A stretch of DNA of 64,000 bases from assembly GCA_028713675.1 (NCBI GenBank), contig JAQTNV010000001.1, positions 73,879 through 137,878 of the forward strand. Reading direction: 5' to 3'. Origin of the DNA: a bacterium (GTDB lineage: Bacteria > Desulfobacterota > JAPLJL01). Shown piece after piece: positions 18,938 through 29,798 of the stretch. The stretch's first letter is position 1; the number at the start of each line of letters is the position of its first letter. A model generated the notes under the pieces. The model was not told the origin of the DNA and did no database searches. It saw nothing but the letters and a program-made list of their open reading frames with translations. A program made the position numbers and the translations under genes.

Positions 18938-19435
18938 ATGCATTCCCATCTCCCGATCGTAATAATTTCCATTGTTTTCGCGGCCCTGGTTTCAACCGGC
19001 ATCGCCAGCGTATTTTTTCATCGTTTCAAGCGGGAGATATCAAAGGCCAGCCCCAAGCCGAACCATAACAATTCCAACCACCTGGACGACAAAATCTGCG
19101 AATTAAGGCTCTCCAGTTATCCTCGGGCGTTTGAAATCACCGACCCGCTGGGAAGCCAGTACCTTTTCAAAAATAAAATTTCCACCGGCTCGATCAAACA
19201 GATCCGGGAAAACCTGATCGAGTGGAACAAAGCGCTGGCCGGCTTCGTCCTTTCGGAAAAATCATTGAAAGCCTTTTACAAGCTGCGCGAGGCGCTGGAT
19301 CTGAATTCCGGCCACAATCATTTCTTGAGCCAGGAACGGCTGGAGAGAATCTGGAAGGCCAAAAGCCATTTCCGGGCCTGCCTGCGGGAGGATGTCAACC
19401 TCGCTTCGGAAGAGGACGAACAGGCCGTTTTCTAA
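18938..19435 (+). CDS. hypothetical membrane-anchored protein (165 aa)
   Basis: N-terminal TM helix. No family recognised. Confidence 0.45.
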   Translation: MHSHLPIVIISIVFAALVSTGIASVFFHRFKREISKASPKPNHNNSNHLDDKICELRLSSYPRAFEITDPLGSQYLFKNKISTGSIKQIRENLIEWNKALAGFVLSEKSLKAFYKLREALDLNSGHNHFLSQERLERIWKAKSHFRACLREDVNLASEEDEQAVF

Positions 19436-19654
19436 TATGTCGTCTCAGCCACGGCTTTATCGTGGCTAAAATCTTCGGTTTTGATTATGTAGGGGCGGCC
19501 TTCAACGGCCGCCCGAATAAGGGAGCCCGCGAAGGGGCTTTTTAAGCCGTCATTCCCGTCCCGCCAGAGGCGGAAGGAATCCAGGATAGAATTCCTTAAT
19601 TTATCTGAAAATATCTGGATTCCGCATCAAGTGCGGAATGACAGAAACAAGAAA

Positions 19655-19681
19655 GCCCCGCGACCGAGCGGGGCTTTTTTA
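19655..19681 (+). terminator. rho-independent terminator (gccccgc-gaccga-gcggggc + T6)
   Basis: GC hairpin followed by a T-run. The surrounding 19545-19650 region contains ggaatcc/ggattcc hairpin repeats also seen at 10895-10985 and 27655-27715. Confidence 0.55.
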
Positions 19682-19786
19682 TCGGGTTTACTGTCTTCCC
19701 GCAGTATCTTTTTTGATCGCGCGGGCGATTAGCATATAATTTCTGATGCGGATCAGGATAAGCGGAAGCCGCCAAGGAGCGACCAG

Positions 19787-20614
19787 ATGAAAGATTTCAA
19801 GAACAAGGTAGTGGTGATCACGGGCGCGGGATCGGGCATCGGCCGGGCCACGGCCCTGGCCTTCGCGCGGGAGGGGGCGAAACTGCACCTCACCGATATC
19901 AACGCGGAGAGGATCGAGGCGGTGGGCCGGGAGATCCGGAAGCTGGGCGCGGAGGTGAAAACCTATGTGATTGATTCCGCCGACCGGGCCGCGATGGAAA
20001 AATTCGCAGCCGACGTTTACGCCGCCGCGGGACGGGTGGACATCCTCCACAATAACGCCGGCATGGGGGTGGCCGCACCCTTCGAGAGCATCCCGCTCGA
20101 CCTCTGGGAAAAAATCATCGGCGTCAATCTCTGGGGATACATTTACGGGATCCATTTCTTTCTCCCGCGCATGATCGCCCAGGGCGGGGGTGGACACATC
20201 GTCAATACCGCTTCCGCCGCCGGCTTGATTGCCGCGCCCCTCCTCGGGGCATACAACACCACCAAGTTCGCCCTGGTCGGCCTGTCCGAGACCATGAACA
20301 TGGAACTCCCGAAATACGGGATCTACACCTCCGCCATCTGCCCGGGCATCATCAACACCAACATCACGAAAGACACGATCTTCGCCGGCATGACGGAAAA
20401 ACTGGCCCGCCGGAGAAACCAGATCATCGACTTCTACGCGAACAGGGGCGCCTCCCCCGACCGGGTGGCCCGGGATGTCCTGAAAGCGGTGCGCAGGCGG
20501 CGTCCGCTCCAGCTTTCCCCCTTCTGGCAGCTCTGGGCGGGTTACCTCCTGAAAAAAATCTCGGTCCGCGCCCACATCGCCCTCACCCGGTGGTTTTCTT
20601 CAAAAATACTATAA
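19787..20614 (+). CDS. short-chain dehydrogenase/reductase (SDR)
   Basis: TGAGSGIGRA Rossmann motif, NNAG, and a YxxxK catalytic dyad region. Confidence 0.9.
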   Translation: MKDFKNKVVVITGAGSGIGRATALAFAREGAKLHLTDINAERIEAVGREIRKLGAEVKTYVIDSADRAAMEKFAADVYAAAGRVDILHNNAGMGVAAPFESIPLDLWEKIIGVNLWGYIYGIHFFLPRMIAQGGGGHIVNTASAAGLIAAPLLGAYNTTKFALVGLSETMNMELPKYGIYTSAICPGIINTNITKDTIFAGMTEKLARRRNQIIDFYANRGASPDRVARDVLKAVRRRRPLQLSPFWQLWAGYLLKKISVRAHIALTRWFSSKIL

Positions 20615-20758
20615 TGATTGACACCAATTACTCAGGTAATTAATTTTGAAAATAAACTTTCTTTAAGATTGATAATCAAAAATAATAAGAGAATCCGGCC
20701 GGTCCCAGGCTCTCGAACCGGTGGACGTTTTGTCTTTAACGAAAAAAGGAATCGTTAA

Positions 20759-23700
20759 ATGTCAGACCGTAATCCTCATTTTCTCACCCCGGAGCCAGTC
20801 TCCGAACCCCCCGGACCGGCCCGTAGTACTCTGGGCATTCCCCTGATCATCTTCCTGATTTGCTGCGCCCTCGGCATCACGGCCGCCGGATTGTGGTTCT
20901 ACCACAACCAAAAAATACACCTGGAGCAATCAGCCGAAGACAACCTGGCGGCCGTCGCCGACCTGAAAGTCAACCAGATCGCCGCCTGGCGGCAAGAGCG
21001 GCTGGGCGACGCCAATGTGATTTCTCCCAATCCCATCATCCGCTATCGAATCAAGCCGTTTCTGGAAAAGGCCTCCCGGCAGGACCGGGGCGAGGACATC
21101 CGGTCCTGGATGGATTCGTTTCGGACCGGATACAAGTATCAGAATGTAATTTTATTCGACCGCCGGGGAAAGGTCCGGCTGTCGGTCGGCCCGGCCGAAC
21201 CGGACATCGATACCCAGGATCGGATCGAGATCACCGCCGCGGTCCATTCGGGAAAGCCGTTCTTGTCGGATTTTCACCGCTCGCAGAAGACGGGGCATGT
21301 AGAGCTGGATCTCTATGTTCCCCTCCTCTGGAGATCCAAAGTCTCCGCCGCTCCGACTAACGTCGGCTTAATGCTCCTGGAGATTAATCCCGAAGAATTC
21401 CTATATCCCTTGATCCAGTCCTGGCCCACCCCCAGTCCGACGGCGGAAACCCTCCTGGTGCGCCGCGAAGGGGAAGAAGTTCTCTATCTGAACGAGTTGC
21501 GCAGCCAAAAAGACTCCGCCTTGAATCTGCGCTCTCCCCTCACCAATCGGGACCGGCCTGCGGTCATGGCGGTGCTCGGGAAGGAAGGGATAATTCAGGG
21601 AATAGATTACCGCGGTGTCCCGGTCCTGGCCGCACTCCGGAAGATTCCCGAGTCACCATGGTTTATCGTCTCCAAGCAGGACCAGGAAGAGGTCGTCGCC
21701 CCGTTCCGTTTCCGGGCCCTGGCGATCCTTTCCCTTACCGGAGTGGTAATCCTGGCCCTGGGACTCGCGGCCCTGTTCTGGTGGAAACGGAGGGAGGCCG
21801 GGTTATTCCGCCGGCAATACAAGCTGGAGGCCGAGCGCGCTCAGGCGGAGGCGGCGCGGCGCGCGGAGGAAGAACGTTATCGCCGCACCCTCAACAACAT
21901 GCTGGAGGGCTGCGAGATCATCGGGTTCGATTGGCGCTATCTCTATGTCAACGACTCAGCCGCCCGGCAGGTCCGCCAGGCCCCGGAGGATCTGCTCGGC
22001 TTTACCATGATGGAGAAATATCCCGGGTTTGAAAACACGGAAATGTTCACCGTCTTCAAGCGCTGTCTGGAAGAGCACTCCTCCAACTTTACGGAGGTCA
22101 AATCCGTCTTTCCCGACGGATCCGTCGGCTGGCTGGAACTGAGCATCCAGCCGGTGCCCGAGGGGATCTTCATTATTTCTCTCGACATCACCGCGCGGAA
22201 ACTCGCGGAGGAGGAGTTGAAAAGGTACCGGGACCAACTCGAGGAACTGGTCCGGGCCCGCACGGCGGAAATCACGAAAATCAACCGGGAGCTGGAGTTG
22301 GAAATCGTCGAGCGGAAAAAGGCCGAGAAAGAACTCTCGCTTTCCAACGAAATTCTGGAAATCATCTTCGCCAACACCCACCTGGAAATCGCCTACCTGG
22401 ATGCGGATTTCAATTTCATCCGGGTGAACCCCGCCTACGCCCGGTCCAGCGGGAAACCCCCGGGGTATTTTCTGGGCCGGAATCATTTCGATTTTTATCC
22501 CCATTCCGAAAACAAAAAGCTATTCCGCCAGGTAGTCGAAACCGGACTGCCCCTGACCGTTTCCGCCCAGCCCTTCGAGTTTCCCGACCAGCCCGAACGC
22601 GGGCTGACTTACTGGGACTGGACCCTCAACCCGATCAAGAACACCGCGGGAAAAGTCGAGGCGGTCATCCTCTACCTCATGGAGGTAACCAATTTCAAGC
22701 GGGCCGAAGAACAAAACCGCAAATTGATCACCCGGGCCGCCGCCCTCTCCGAAATCTACCGGATGGTGGCCGAGGCCGGGCTGGACTCCGACGCGGTCCT
22801 GGGTATGGTAGCCCGTCTCTCCTGCGCCCTGATCGGGGACGCCTGCGTGCTCACCCTGATATCCGATGACGGCAAATGGCTGCATCCGGCGGCCGTTCAT
22901 CACCGGAATCTGGAAAGGATCGAATTCCTGCGCCAGGTTGTCGCCAGCGGTCTCGTCCGGATCGGGGAGGGAACGGCCGGACGGGTCGCCCAGACCGGTC
23001 AGGCTCTCCTGCTCCCGGTGGTGCCGCCGGAAGAGTTCCGCGCCTCCCTGAAACCGGAATATCTGCCCTACCAGGACCGGCTGGGCGTTTTCAGCCTTCT
23101 GATCGTACCGCTCCGGGCCCAGGGCAAAGTCATCGGCACCCTGGGCCTGTCCAAGGACCTGCCCGGGCACCCCTTCACCGAAGATGACCGGGCCCTGCTT
23201 CAGGATCTGGCTGACCGCTCGGCTCTGGCCATCGACAACGCCCGCCTGTACAAATCCGCGCAACAGGAACTGGTCGAACGGAAGCAGGCGGAGGAGGCGG
23301 TCAGGCGGGCGGTCGTCTATAACCGCAGTCTGATCGAGGCCAGTCTGGATCCCCTCGTAACCATCGGGCCGGACGGCCGGATTACCGACGTAAACCGCGC
23401 CACGGAAACCTTCACCGGTCGCTCCCGGGAAGAACTGATCGGCACGGACTTCGCCGATTATTTCACCGAGCCGGAGCAAGCACGGGCCGGCTATCAGCAA
23501 GTGTTCCGGGAGGGTTTCGTCCATGACTATCCGCTTGATCTCAAGCACCGGAACGGGCGCGTCACCTCGGTGCTCTACAATGCGTCCGTCTATCGGGACG
23601 AGTCGGGCCGGATCATCGGCGTATTCGCCGCCGCGCGCGACATCTCCGAACGCAAGCGGGCGGAAGAGGCGGTGAGGCGGGCGGTCGTCTATAACCGCAG

Positions 23701-26140
23701 TCTGATCGAGGCCAGCCTGGATCCCCTGGTGACCATCGGGTCGGACGGCCGGATTACCGACGTAAACCGCGCCACGGAAACCGTCACCGGTTGCGCCCGG
23801 GAAGAACTGATCGGCACGGACTTCGCCGATTACTTCACCGAGCCGGAGCAAGCGCGGGCCGGCTATCAGCGGGTGTTTCGGGACGGCTCCGTCCATGACT
23901 ATCCGCTGGACCTCAAGCACCGGAACGGGCGCGTCACCTCGGTGCTCTACAATGCGTCCGTCTATCGGGACGAGTCGGGCCGGGTCAGCGGCGTGTTTGC
24001 CGCCGCGCGGGACATCACCGAACGGAAAGCCGCTCAACTGCGGCTGGAACAGGTGAACCGGGCGCTCCGGATGCTCAGCGACTGCAACCAGGCGCTCGTC
24101 CGGGCCACCTCCGAGGAGGATCTGCTCCGGGAGGTCTGCCGAATCCTGGTCGAAACCGGCGGTTATAAAATGGCCTGGGTCGGATTCGCCCTGTCGGACC
24201 AGGAAAAAACCATCAAACCCGTGGCCACCGCCGGGATGGAGGACGGATACCTGGAAAAAGCCAAAATCACCTGGGCCGATTCCGAGCGCGGCGGCGGCCC
24301 GACCGGCGCCTGCTTCCGCACCGGCCGGACCTGCGTGACTCAGGATATTATCGCCAACCCCGAGATGGCGCCCTGGCGCGCCGACGCCCTCGCTCGGGGA
24401 TATCGGTCCTCCGCGGCCCTGCCCCTCCTGGCCGACGGCCGGGCGATCGCGGTATTAAACATTTACGCGTCGGATCCGGACGCTTTTCACGACGAGGAAA
24501 TCCTCCGGCTGGAGGAAATGGCCGGCGACCTGGCTTTCGGCTTGGAAGCGCTCCGCACCCGCGACAAGCATTACCGCGTCCAGACCGCGTTATCCGAGAG
24601 CGAAGCCCGTTATCGCACCATTATCGAGTCCATGGCGGAAGGCGTGATTCTGTATGATGCGCAAGGCCGCATTTTCACCTGCAACAAAAGCGCCGAGGAA
24701 ATTCTCGGCCTTTCCCTGGGAGAGATCGCAGGCCGGACTTCCTTCGATCCGATCTGGCGGATGATTCGTGAAGACGGCTCGCCCTTTCCGGCCGCGACGC
24801 GCCCGGGCAATGTTACCTTAAAAACGGGCCAACCCTGCGTAAATGTAATCATGGGGGTGTATAGATCGGACGGAAACCTGAGATGGGTGTCCGCGAATTC
24901 GGAGCCGGTCTTTCGAACCGGCGAGAGCAAGCCTTATCTGGTGGTAGCCACTTTCCACGATATCACCGAGCAGAGGAGCCTGGAGACCCAGCTCCGGCAG
25001 GTCGAAAAATTGGAAGCGGTCGGCCGGCTGGCCGGCGGGATCGCCCACGACTTCAACACCATCCTCGGGACCGTCATGGGCTACGCCGACATGACCCTGG
25101 CCGACATCCCGGAAGGAAGCCGTCCTTATCGGAACCTGCAGGAAATCCTGGAGGCGAGCCAGCAGGGCAAACAGATCGTGAAGCAATTAAACGCCGTGGG
25201 CCGGCCCGCCGGGGAAGAGATGAAAACCCTGGCCCTGGGCCCGCTGATCCAGGAATCCCTCGACCTGATCAAGGTTCTGCTCCCCGCCCAGGTCGAGGTT
25301 CACTGCCGCCTCGAAGCCCGGTCCGACCAGGTCCGGGTCAACCCCACCCAGATGAACCAAGTCCTGATGAACCTCTGCACCAACGCCTCCGAGGCCATGG
25401 GTAAAACCGGCGGTCGCTTGGGCATCAATCTTTCCGCCGTCGAGCTGGATGCCGAGGCCGGGAGTCATTACCCCGATTTCCAGCCGGGACCATTCCTGAA
25501 ACTCCGGATCAGCGATACCGGCCCGGGGATGGACCCGGCCACCCTGGAGCGGATTTTCGATCCCTATTTCACCACGAAAAGGTCCGGCGCGGGGACCGGC
25601 TTGGGCCTGGCGATCGTCCAGAGGATTATTCGGGAACACCGGGGCTTCATCGAAGTAAAAAGCCGGCCCGGCCAGGGGACCGTCTTCGAAATCCTCCTCC
25701 CCAAGCTCCCGCCCGGTCCCGCGCCGGATTCGCCCGCCGCCGGCCCGGTCATCGGCGGGACGGAGCGCATTCTCCTGGTGGATGACGAGGAACGGTTCAC
25801 CCGGCTCACCCGGCAGATGCTGGAAAGCCTCGGTTACACGGTGGTGGCCGAAAACGACGGGTTGAAGGCCCTGGAGTTTTTCTTGTCCCAGCCGGAAAGC
25901 TTCGACCTGGTCATCACCGACCAGATCATGCCCCGGATCAAGGGAACGGAGCTCGCCCGGGAAATGAAAAGCGTTCGTCCCGACCTCCCCGTCATTCTTT
26001 ATACCGGGTACGGAGAAAAGACCATCTCCGAAGACGCCCGGGAGGCCGGGATTAATGAGCTGATTTTCAAACCGATCGTTACCCGCGACTTGGCCCTGGC
26101 TGTCCGAAAGATCCTGGACCGGGAGCGGCAAACCCCCTGA
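20759..26140 (+). CDS. multi-sensor hybrid histidine kinase (TM sensor + multiple PAS/GAF + HisKA/HATPase + C-terminal receiver)
   Basis: 1793 aa. Two N-terminal TM segments, repeated PAS cores, GAF domains, H-box GGIAHDFNTILGTVMGY, G-boxes, and a C-terminal REC (LLVDDE...DLVITD...K). Confidence 0.9.
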   Translation: MSDRNPHFLTPEPVSEPPGPARSTLGIPLIIFLICCALGITAAGLWFYHNQKIHLEQSAEDNLAAVADLKVNQIAAWRQERLGDANVISPNPIIRYRIKPFLEKASRQDRGEDIRSWMDSFRTGYKYQNVILFDRRGKVRLSVGPAEPDIDTQDRIEITAAVHSGKPFLSDFHRSQKTGHVELDLYVPLLWRSKVSAAPTNVGLMLLEINPEEFLYPLIQSWPTPSPTAETLLVRREGEEVLYLNELRSQKDSALNLRSPLTNRDRPAVMAVLGKEGIIQGIDYRGVPVLAALRKIPESPWFIVSKQDQEEVVAPFRFRALAILSLTGVVILALGLAALFWWKRREAGLFRRQYKLEAERAQAEAARRAEEERYRRTLNNMLEGCEIIGFDWRYLYVNDSAARQVRQAPEDLLGFTMMEKYPGFENTEMFTVFKRCLEEHSSNFTEVKSVFPDGSVGWLELSIQPVPEGIFIISLDITARKLAEEELKRYRDQLEELVRARTAEITKINRELELEIVERKKAEKELSLSNEILEIIFANTHLEIAYLDADFNFIRVNPAYARSSGKPPGYFLGRNHFDFYPHSENKKLFRQVVETGLPLTVSAQPFEFPDQPERGLTYWDWTLNPIKNTAGKVEAVILYLMEVTNFKRAEEQNRKLITRAAALSEIYRMVAEAGLDSDAVLGMVARLSCALIGDACVLTLISDDGKWLHPAAVHHRNLERIEFLRQVVASGLVRIGEGTAGRVAQTGQALLLPVVPPEEFRASLKPEYLPYQDRLGVFSLLIVPLRAQGKVIGTLGLSKDLPGHPFTEDDRALLQDLADRSALAIDNARLYKSAQQELVERKQAEEAVRRAVVYNRSLIEASLDPLVTIGPDGRITDVNRATETFTGRSREELIGTDFADYFTEPEQARAGYQQVFREGFVHDYPLDLKHRNGRVTSVLYNASVYRDESGRIIGVFAAARDISERKRAEEAVRRAVVYNRSLIEASLDPLVTIGSDGRITDVNRATETVTGCAREELIGTDFADYFTEPEQARAGYQRVFRDGSVHDYPLDLKHRNGRVTSVLYNASVYRDESGRVSGVFAAARDITERKAAQLRLEQVNRALRMLSDCNQALVRATSEEDLLREVCRILVETGGYKMAWVGFALSDQEKTIKPVATAGMEDGYLEKAKITWADSERGGGPTGACFRTGRTCVTQDIIANPEMAPWRADALARGYRSSAALPLLADGRAIAVLNIYASDPDAFHDEEILRLEEMAGDLAFGLEALRTRDKHYRVQTALSESEARYRTIIESMAEGVILYDAQGRIFTCNKSAEEILGLSLGEIAGRTSFDPIWRMIREDGSPFPAATRPGNVTLKTGQPCVNVIMGVYRSDGNLRWVSANSEPVFRTGESKPYLVVATFHDITEQRSLETQLRQVEKLEAVGRLAGGIAHDFNTILGTVMGYADMTLADIPEGSRPYRNLQEILEASQQGKQIVKQLNAVGRPAGEEMKTLALGPLIQESLDLIKVLLPAQVEVHCRLEARSDQVRVNPTQMNQVLMNLCTNASEAMGKTGGRLGINLSAVELDAEAGSHYPDFQPGPFLKLRISDTGPGMDPATLERIFDPYFTTKRSGAGTGLGLAIVQRIIREHRGFIEVKSRPGQGTVFEILLPKLPPGPAPDSPAAGPVIGGTERILLVDDEERFTRLTRQMLESLGYTVVAENDGLKALEFFLSQPESFDLVITDQIMPRIKGTELAREMKSVRPDLPVILYTGYGEKTISEDAREAGINELIFKPIVTRDLALAVRKILDRERQTP

Positions 26141-26149
26141 GGAGAGGCG

Positions 26150-27559
26150 ATGGCCCGGATTCTGATCATTGACGATGACGCGAGATTTTCCCGGATGCTC
26201 GCCCAGATGGTCGAGCGGATGGATCACCAGGCAGTCATGGCTTCGTGCCTCGCCGAGGGCCGGGAAAAAGCCGCCGGGGAAACCTTCGACGTGGTCTTAC
26301 TCGACGTCCGACTCCCGGACGGCAGCGGGCTGGAAGCGATCCGCCCCCTCCGGGAATCCCCTTCCGCGCCGGAAGTGATCATCATCACCGGCGCCGGCGA
26401 CCGGGATGGGGCCCAGATGGCCGTCCATAACGGGGCCTGGGATTACATCCAGAAAACCTCCACGATCAAGGAAATGACCCTTCCCTTCGTCCGGGCGCTC
26501 CAGTATCGGGAAGAAAAAAAAGCTGCCCGGACCGCGACGGTCCTGAAACGGGAGGCCATCCGGGGCAACGGTCCCGCGATGAATAAATGCCTGGGCCTCC
26601 TGGCCCAGGCCGCCGGGAGCACCGTCAACGTCCTCCTCACCGGCGAAACCGGATCGGGAAAAGATCTTTTCGCCCAGGCCATCCACGCCAACAGCTCCCG
26701 CGCCCGCCAGGGTTTCATCGTCGTCGATTGTACCGCCCTGCCGGAAACCCTGGTGGAAAGCATCCTCTTCGGGCATGAACGGGGGGCCTTCACCGGGGCG
26801 GACCGGGCCCGGTCGGGCCTGGTCGCCCAGGCTGACGGCGGCACCCTTTTTCTCGACGAGATCGGGGAGCTTCCCCTCAAGATTCAGAAAACCTTTCTCC
26901 GGGTGCTGCAGGAACTCCGTTTCCGCCCCCTGGGAGGCAAGGAAGAGATTAAAAGCGACTTCCGACTTATTTCCGCCACCAATAAAAACCTGGACCAGCT
27001 GGTCCAGGCCGGGCAATTCCGGGAGGACCTTCTGTTCCGGCTCCGGGCTTTTCCGATCGAGGTTCCTCCACTACGCGAACACCCCGAGGACATCAAGGAG
27101 ATCGCGGTCGCCTACATGAACCAGCTCTGTGAGCGCCACGGGATCGGAACCAAGGGTTTCTCCCCTGAATTTTTCCCCACCCTCGAGAAATACCCCTGGC
27201 CGGGCAATGTGCGGGAACTTTTACATACCCTGGACTGGATCTTCACCGTAGCGCATTTCGAGCCCACCATTTTCCCCCAGCACTTGCCCGAGCAGGTCCG
27301 CGTTTCGGCCGCCCAGGCCCCGTTCCCTTCGGTGAAATCCGCTTCTCCCGCCTCCGCAGGAGAACGAAAGGCTTCGGGCCCGGGCCTGCCCCCCTTGCAG
27401 GACATTCGGGAAGCCGCCTTGTCCGAGGTGGAGAAAAGTTACCTCCAGGATCTCCTCTCTTTCACCAAAGGCAATATCAAGGAAGCCTGCCGGGTCTCGG
27501 GGCTCTCCCAATCCCGCTTGTATACCCTGTTGAAAAAATACGAGATCCCCGGCCGGTGA
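26150..27559 (+). CDS. sigma-54-dependent response regulator (NtrC family: REC + AAA+ sigma54-activator + Fis HTH)
   Basis: REC (ILIIDDD..DVRLPDG), Walker A GETGSGKD, GAFTGA motif, and a C-terminal HTH. Confidence 0.9.
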   Translation: MARILIIDDDARFSRMLAQMVERMDHQAVMASCLAEGREKAAGETFDVVLLDVRLPDGSGLEAIRPLRESPSAPEVIIITGAGDRDGAQMAVHNGAWDYIQKTSTIKEMTLPFVRALQYREEKKAARTATVLKREAIRGNGPAMNKCLGLLAQAAGSTVNVLLTGETGSGKDLFAQAIHANSSRARQGFIVVDCTALPETLVESILFGHERGAFTGADRARSGLVAQADGGTLFLDEIGELPLKIQKTFLRVLQELRFRPLGGKEEIKSDFRLISATNKNLDQLVQAGQFREDLLFRLRAFPIEVPPLREHPEDIKEIAVAYMNQLCERHGIGTKGFSPEFFPTLEKYPWPGNVRELLHTLDWIFTVAHFEPTIFPQHLPEQVRVSAAQAPFPSVKSASPASAGERKASGPGLPPLQDIREAALSEVEKSYLQDLLSFTKGNIKEACRVSGLSQSRLYTLLKKYEIPGR

Positions 27560-27998
27560 ACGTCCAGGATTGTTTTCCCATCCCGAACAAACCTCCCCAT
27601 GTCAGAAGCCGCGGGGGATCTCTGTGAAGTTTCCGAGATGTCCGTCGTCCCTGCAAAAGCAGGGATCCAGAGAATTCCGGAAAAAAACTGGATTCCCGCT
27701 TCCCTCCGGGCAATAGGGCCTACCCTTCCTCCGGGCTGGAGACCCTCCGGGCCGGAAGCCGGCCTGTAAGCCCTACGGGCCGGAAGCGGGGCTGGAAGCG
27801 TGGGCCGGAGGCCGCGAGAAGGACAAAAAGTAAGATAACCTCGCAACAAGACTGCTGAGAAAATACAAGTCAAATTACTGCCGAATAGGAATTTTCCTGT
27901 TTCCCGGCACGAATTCCCTCCCAATCGTTCCTATTTGATTTTTCGAAAATCTGGCCCAACCCGTTGGGATTCCGAGAATATATTCAAAACGATCACAT

Positions 27999-28014
27999 CT
28001 GGCACGCTTTTTGG
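27999..28014 (+). promoter_or_regulatory. weak candidate sigma-54 promoter (TGGCAC-N5-TTGG) upstream of DUF1844 gene
   Basis: The -24 TGGCAC is perfect. The -12 reads TTGG rather than TTGC. Confidence 0.3.
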
Positions 28015-28082
28015 ATTTATTCAAATCCAGAAAGAAAAACACCGTGATCGAAACCGGAAGACGCGAACATGGGGGAGGAGAA

Positions 28083-28412
28083 ATGAACACGGAAACCAAT
28101 AGCGGCACCAATTTTTCGGACTTAATTTTTTCCCTTTCCGCCACCGCGGCTACCTGTCTCGACTCGTTGCCGGACCGGGAAGGCCGGGATCCGGAGACGT
28201 TGTTCAACCAAGCCGAGGAGATCATCAAAATGCTCATCTGTCTTAAGGAGAAAACCCAGGGCAATCTGGCCGTCGAGGAAGAAGCGCTGCTGCAGGATCT
28301 CGTTTTCGGTCTACAGATCTGGTATGGAGAGAAGAAAAAAGAAATGGCGGAAGGACCGGTGCTCGCCGGCGGAGAATTTGAGCCGGGAAACCTTCCGAAA
28401 CTAGATCAATAG
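28083..28412 (+). CDS. DUF1844 family protein
   Basis: GGGGGAGGAG RBS. FSDLIFSLSATAA...KMLICLKEKTQGNL...LVFGLQIWY matches my memory of DUF1844. Confidence 0.6.
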   Translation: MNTETNSGTNFSDLIFSLSATAATCLDSLPDREGRDPETLFNQAEEIIKMLICLKEKTQGNLAVEEEALLQDLVFGLQIWYGEKKKEMAEGPVLAGGEFEPGNLPKLDQ

Positions 28413-28504
28413 TAATTACCGCGGAGACGCGGATGATCCTTCCCGAAAGTTCCGCGCCCGCATGTGTTAACGATCCGTTTTTTCTCTAACCAGGAGGACC
28501 CATC

Positions 28505-28897
28505 ATGAAGGCATCCGAATTGATTCAATCGGCGGATTGGAAAAAGGAAAAACATGTCCCGGTAATCGAAGCTCCGGAGAAGGTCAAGAAAGGGGAGGTG
28601 GTAAAAGTTACGGTAAGCGTCGGAAAGGAGATCGCCCACCCCAACACCACCGAGCACCATATTGCCTGGATCGATGTGTTTTTTCACCCGGAGGGTGAGA
28701 AGTTTCCCTATCACCTGGGAAGATTCGAGTTCCTGTCCCACGGATCCTCGGCTCCCGGCCCGAATACGAGCACCATCTACACCAAGCCGGAAGCCGGTCT
28801 GGCCTTTACCACCGAGAAAGCCGGAACCTTCCTCGCGGTTTCTTATTGCAACATCCACGGCCTCTGGGAAAATTCCGCCCGCTTGGAGCTTAAATAA
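28505..28897 (+). CDS. superoxide reductase (neelaredoxin/desulfoferrodoxin Fe-centre II domain)
   Basis: EKHVPVIE motif with His/Cys ligand positions. AGGAGG RBS. Confidence 0.82.
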   Translation: MKASELIQSADWKKEKHVPVIEAPEKVKKGEVVKVTVSVGKEIAHPNTTEHHIAWIDVFFHPEGEKFPYHLGRFEFLSHGSSAPGPNTSTIYTKPEAGLAFTTEKAGTFLAVSYCNIHGLWENSARLELK

Positions 28898-28935
28898 AGC
28901 CCCTAGAGTTGGCGCAATCGAAAAGGAGAAGGAAA

Positions 28936-29070
28936 ATGCTTTCCATCATTCCCGCCAAACTCGAGCAGCGGAAAAAGTCCGAGATCAATTAGCGGATCCT
29001 GCGGACTGCCATTATCACCGAGAAGGAATTGAAAGAAGGCAAAGCTGAAGCCGACGCATTAACCAAATAA
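28936..29070 (+). other. small ORF with strong RBS interrupted by in-frame TAG (18 aa, or 44 aa if read through)
   Basis: AAAAGGAGAAGG RBS. MLSIIPAKLEQRKKSEIN-TAG-RILRTAIITEKELKEGKAEADALTK-TAA are all in one frame. Confidence 0.3.
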
Positions 29071-29174
29071 AGGCTAAACCGCCGGGAATCGAATAAGAAA
29101 CGACCCATAAGGGCGGAGCCGGACATGGAAGATAAGATATTTACCTTCTGAATCAGAGGAAAGGAAACAAATCC

Positions 29175-29798
29175 ATGAAAATTAACGTCATTTTTCACAG
29201 CCTGTACGGCCATATTTACCGCCTGGCCGAAGCCGTGGCCGAAGGAGCCGGAGAGGTAAAAGGGGCACAGGTGGGCATCTTCCAGGTTCCGGAAACCCTC
29301 TCTGACGAGATTCTTAAGAAAATGAACGCGCTGGAGGCGATGAAAACCTTCGCCCAGGTCCCGATCGCAACACTCGACCAGCTTGCCGATGTGGACGCGG
29401 TTATCTTCGGAACGCCGACTCGTTACGGAATGATGACCGCCCAGATGCGGGCCTTTCTCGACCAAACCGGCGGCCTCTGGGTCAAGGGCGCCCTGATCGG
29501 TAAAATCGGGAGCGTATTCACCTCCTCCGGCACCCAGCACGGCGGACAGGAATCGACCATCCTCAGTTTCCATACCACCCTGCTCCACCACGGCATGATC
29601 ATCGTCGGCGTGCCCTACTCCGAGAAACGACAAATGATCGTGAACGAAATCACGGGGGGAAGCCCCTATGGGTCCTCTACGATCGCCGGGCCGGACGGGA
29701 GCCGCCAGCCGAGCGAAAACGAACTCGCGATCGCCCGCTTCCAGGGACAGCATGTGGCGGAGATCACCCAGCGTCTGACCCGAGCCATTCCTATTTAA
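29175..29798 (+). CDS. wrbA: NAD(P)H:quinone oxidoreductase, WrbA flavodoxin-like
   Basis: [14 protein letters not shown]... WrbA signature. 207 aa. Confidence 0.88.
   Translation: MKINVIFHSLYGHIYRLAEAVAEGAGEVKGAQVGIFQVPETLSDEILKKMNALEAMKTFAQVPIATLDQLADVDAVIFGTPTRYGMMTAQMRAFLDQTGGLWVKGALIGKIGSVFTSSGTQHGGQESTILSFHTTLLHHGMIIVGVPYSEKRQMIVNEITGGSPYGSSTIAGPDGSRQPSENELAIARFQGQHVAEITQRLTRAIPI

Noticed and set aside
22520-24037. 505-aa minus-strand ORF inside the histidine kinase gene
   Set aside because: Antisense to clear PAS/GAF coding sequence. It mirrors the internal tandem duplication.
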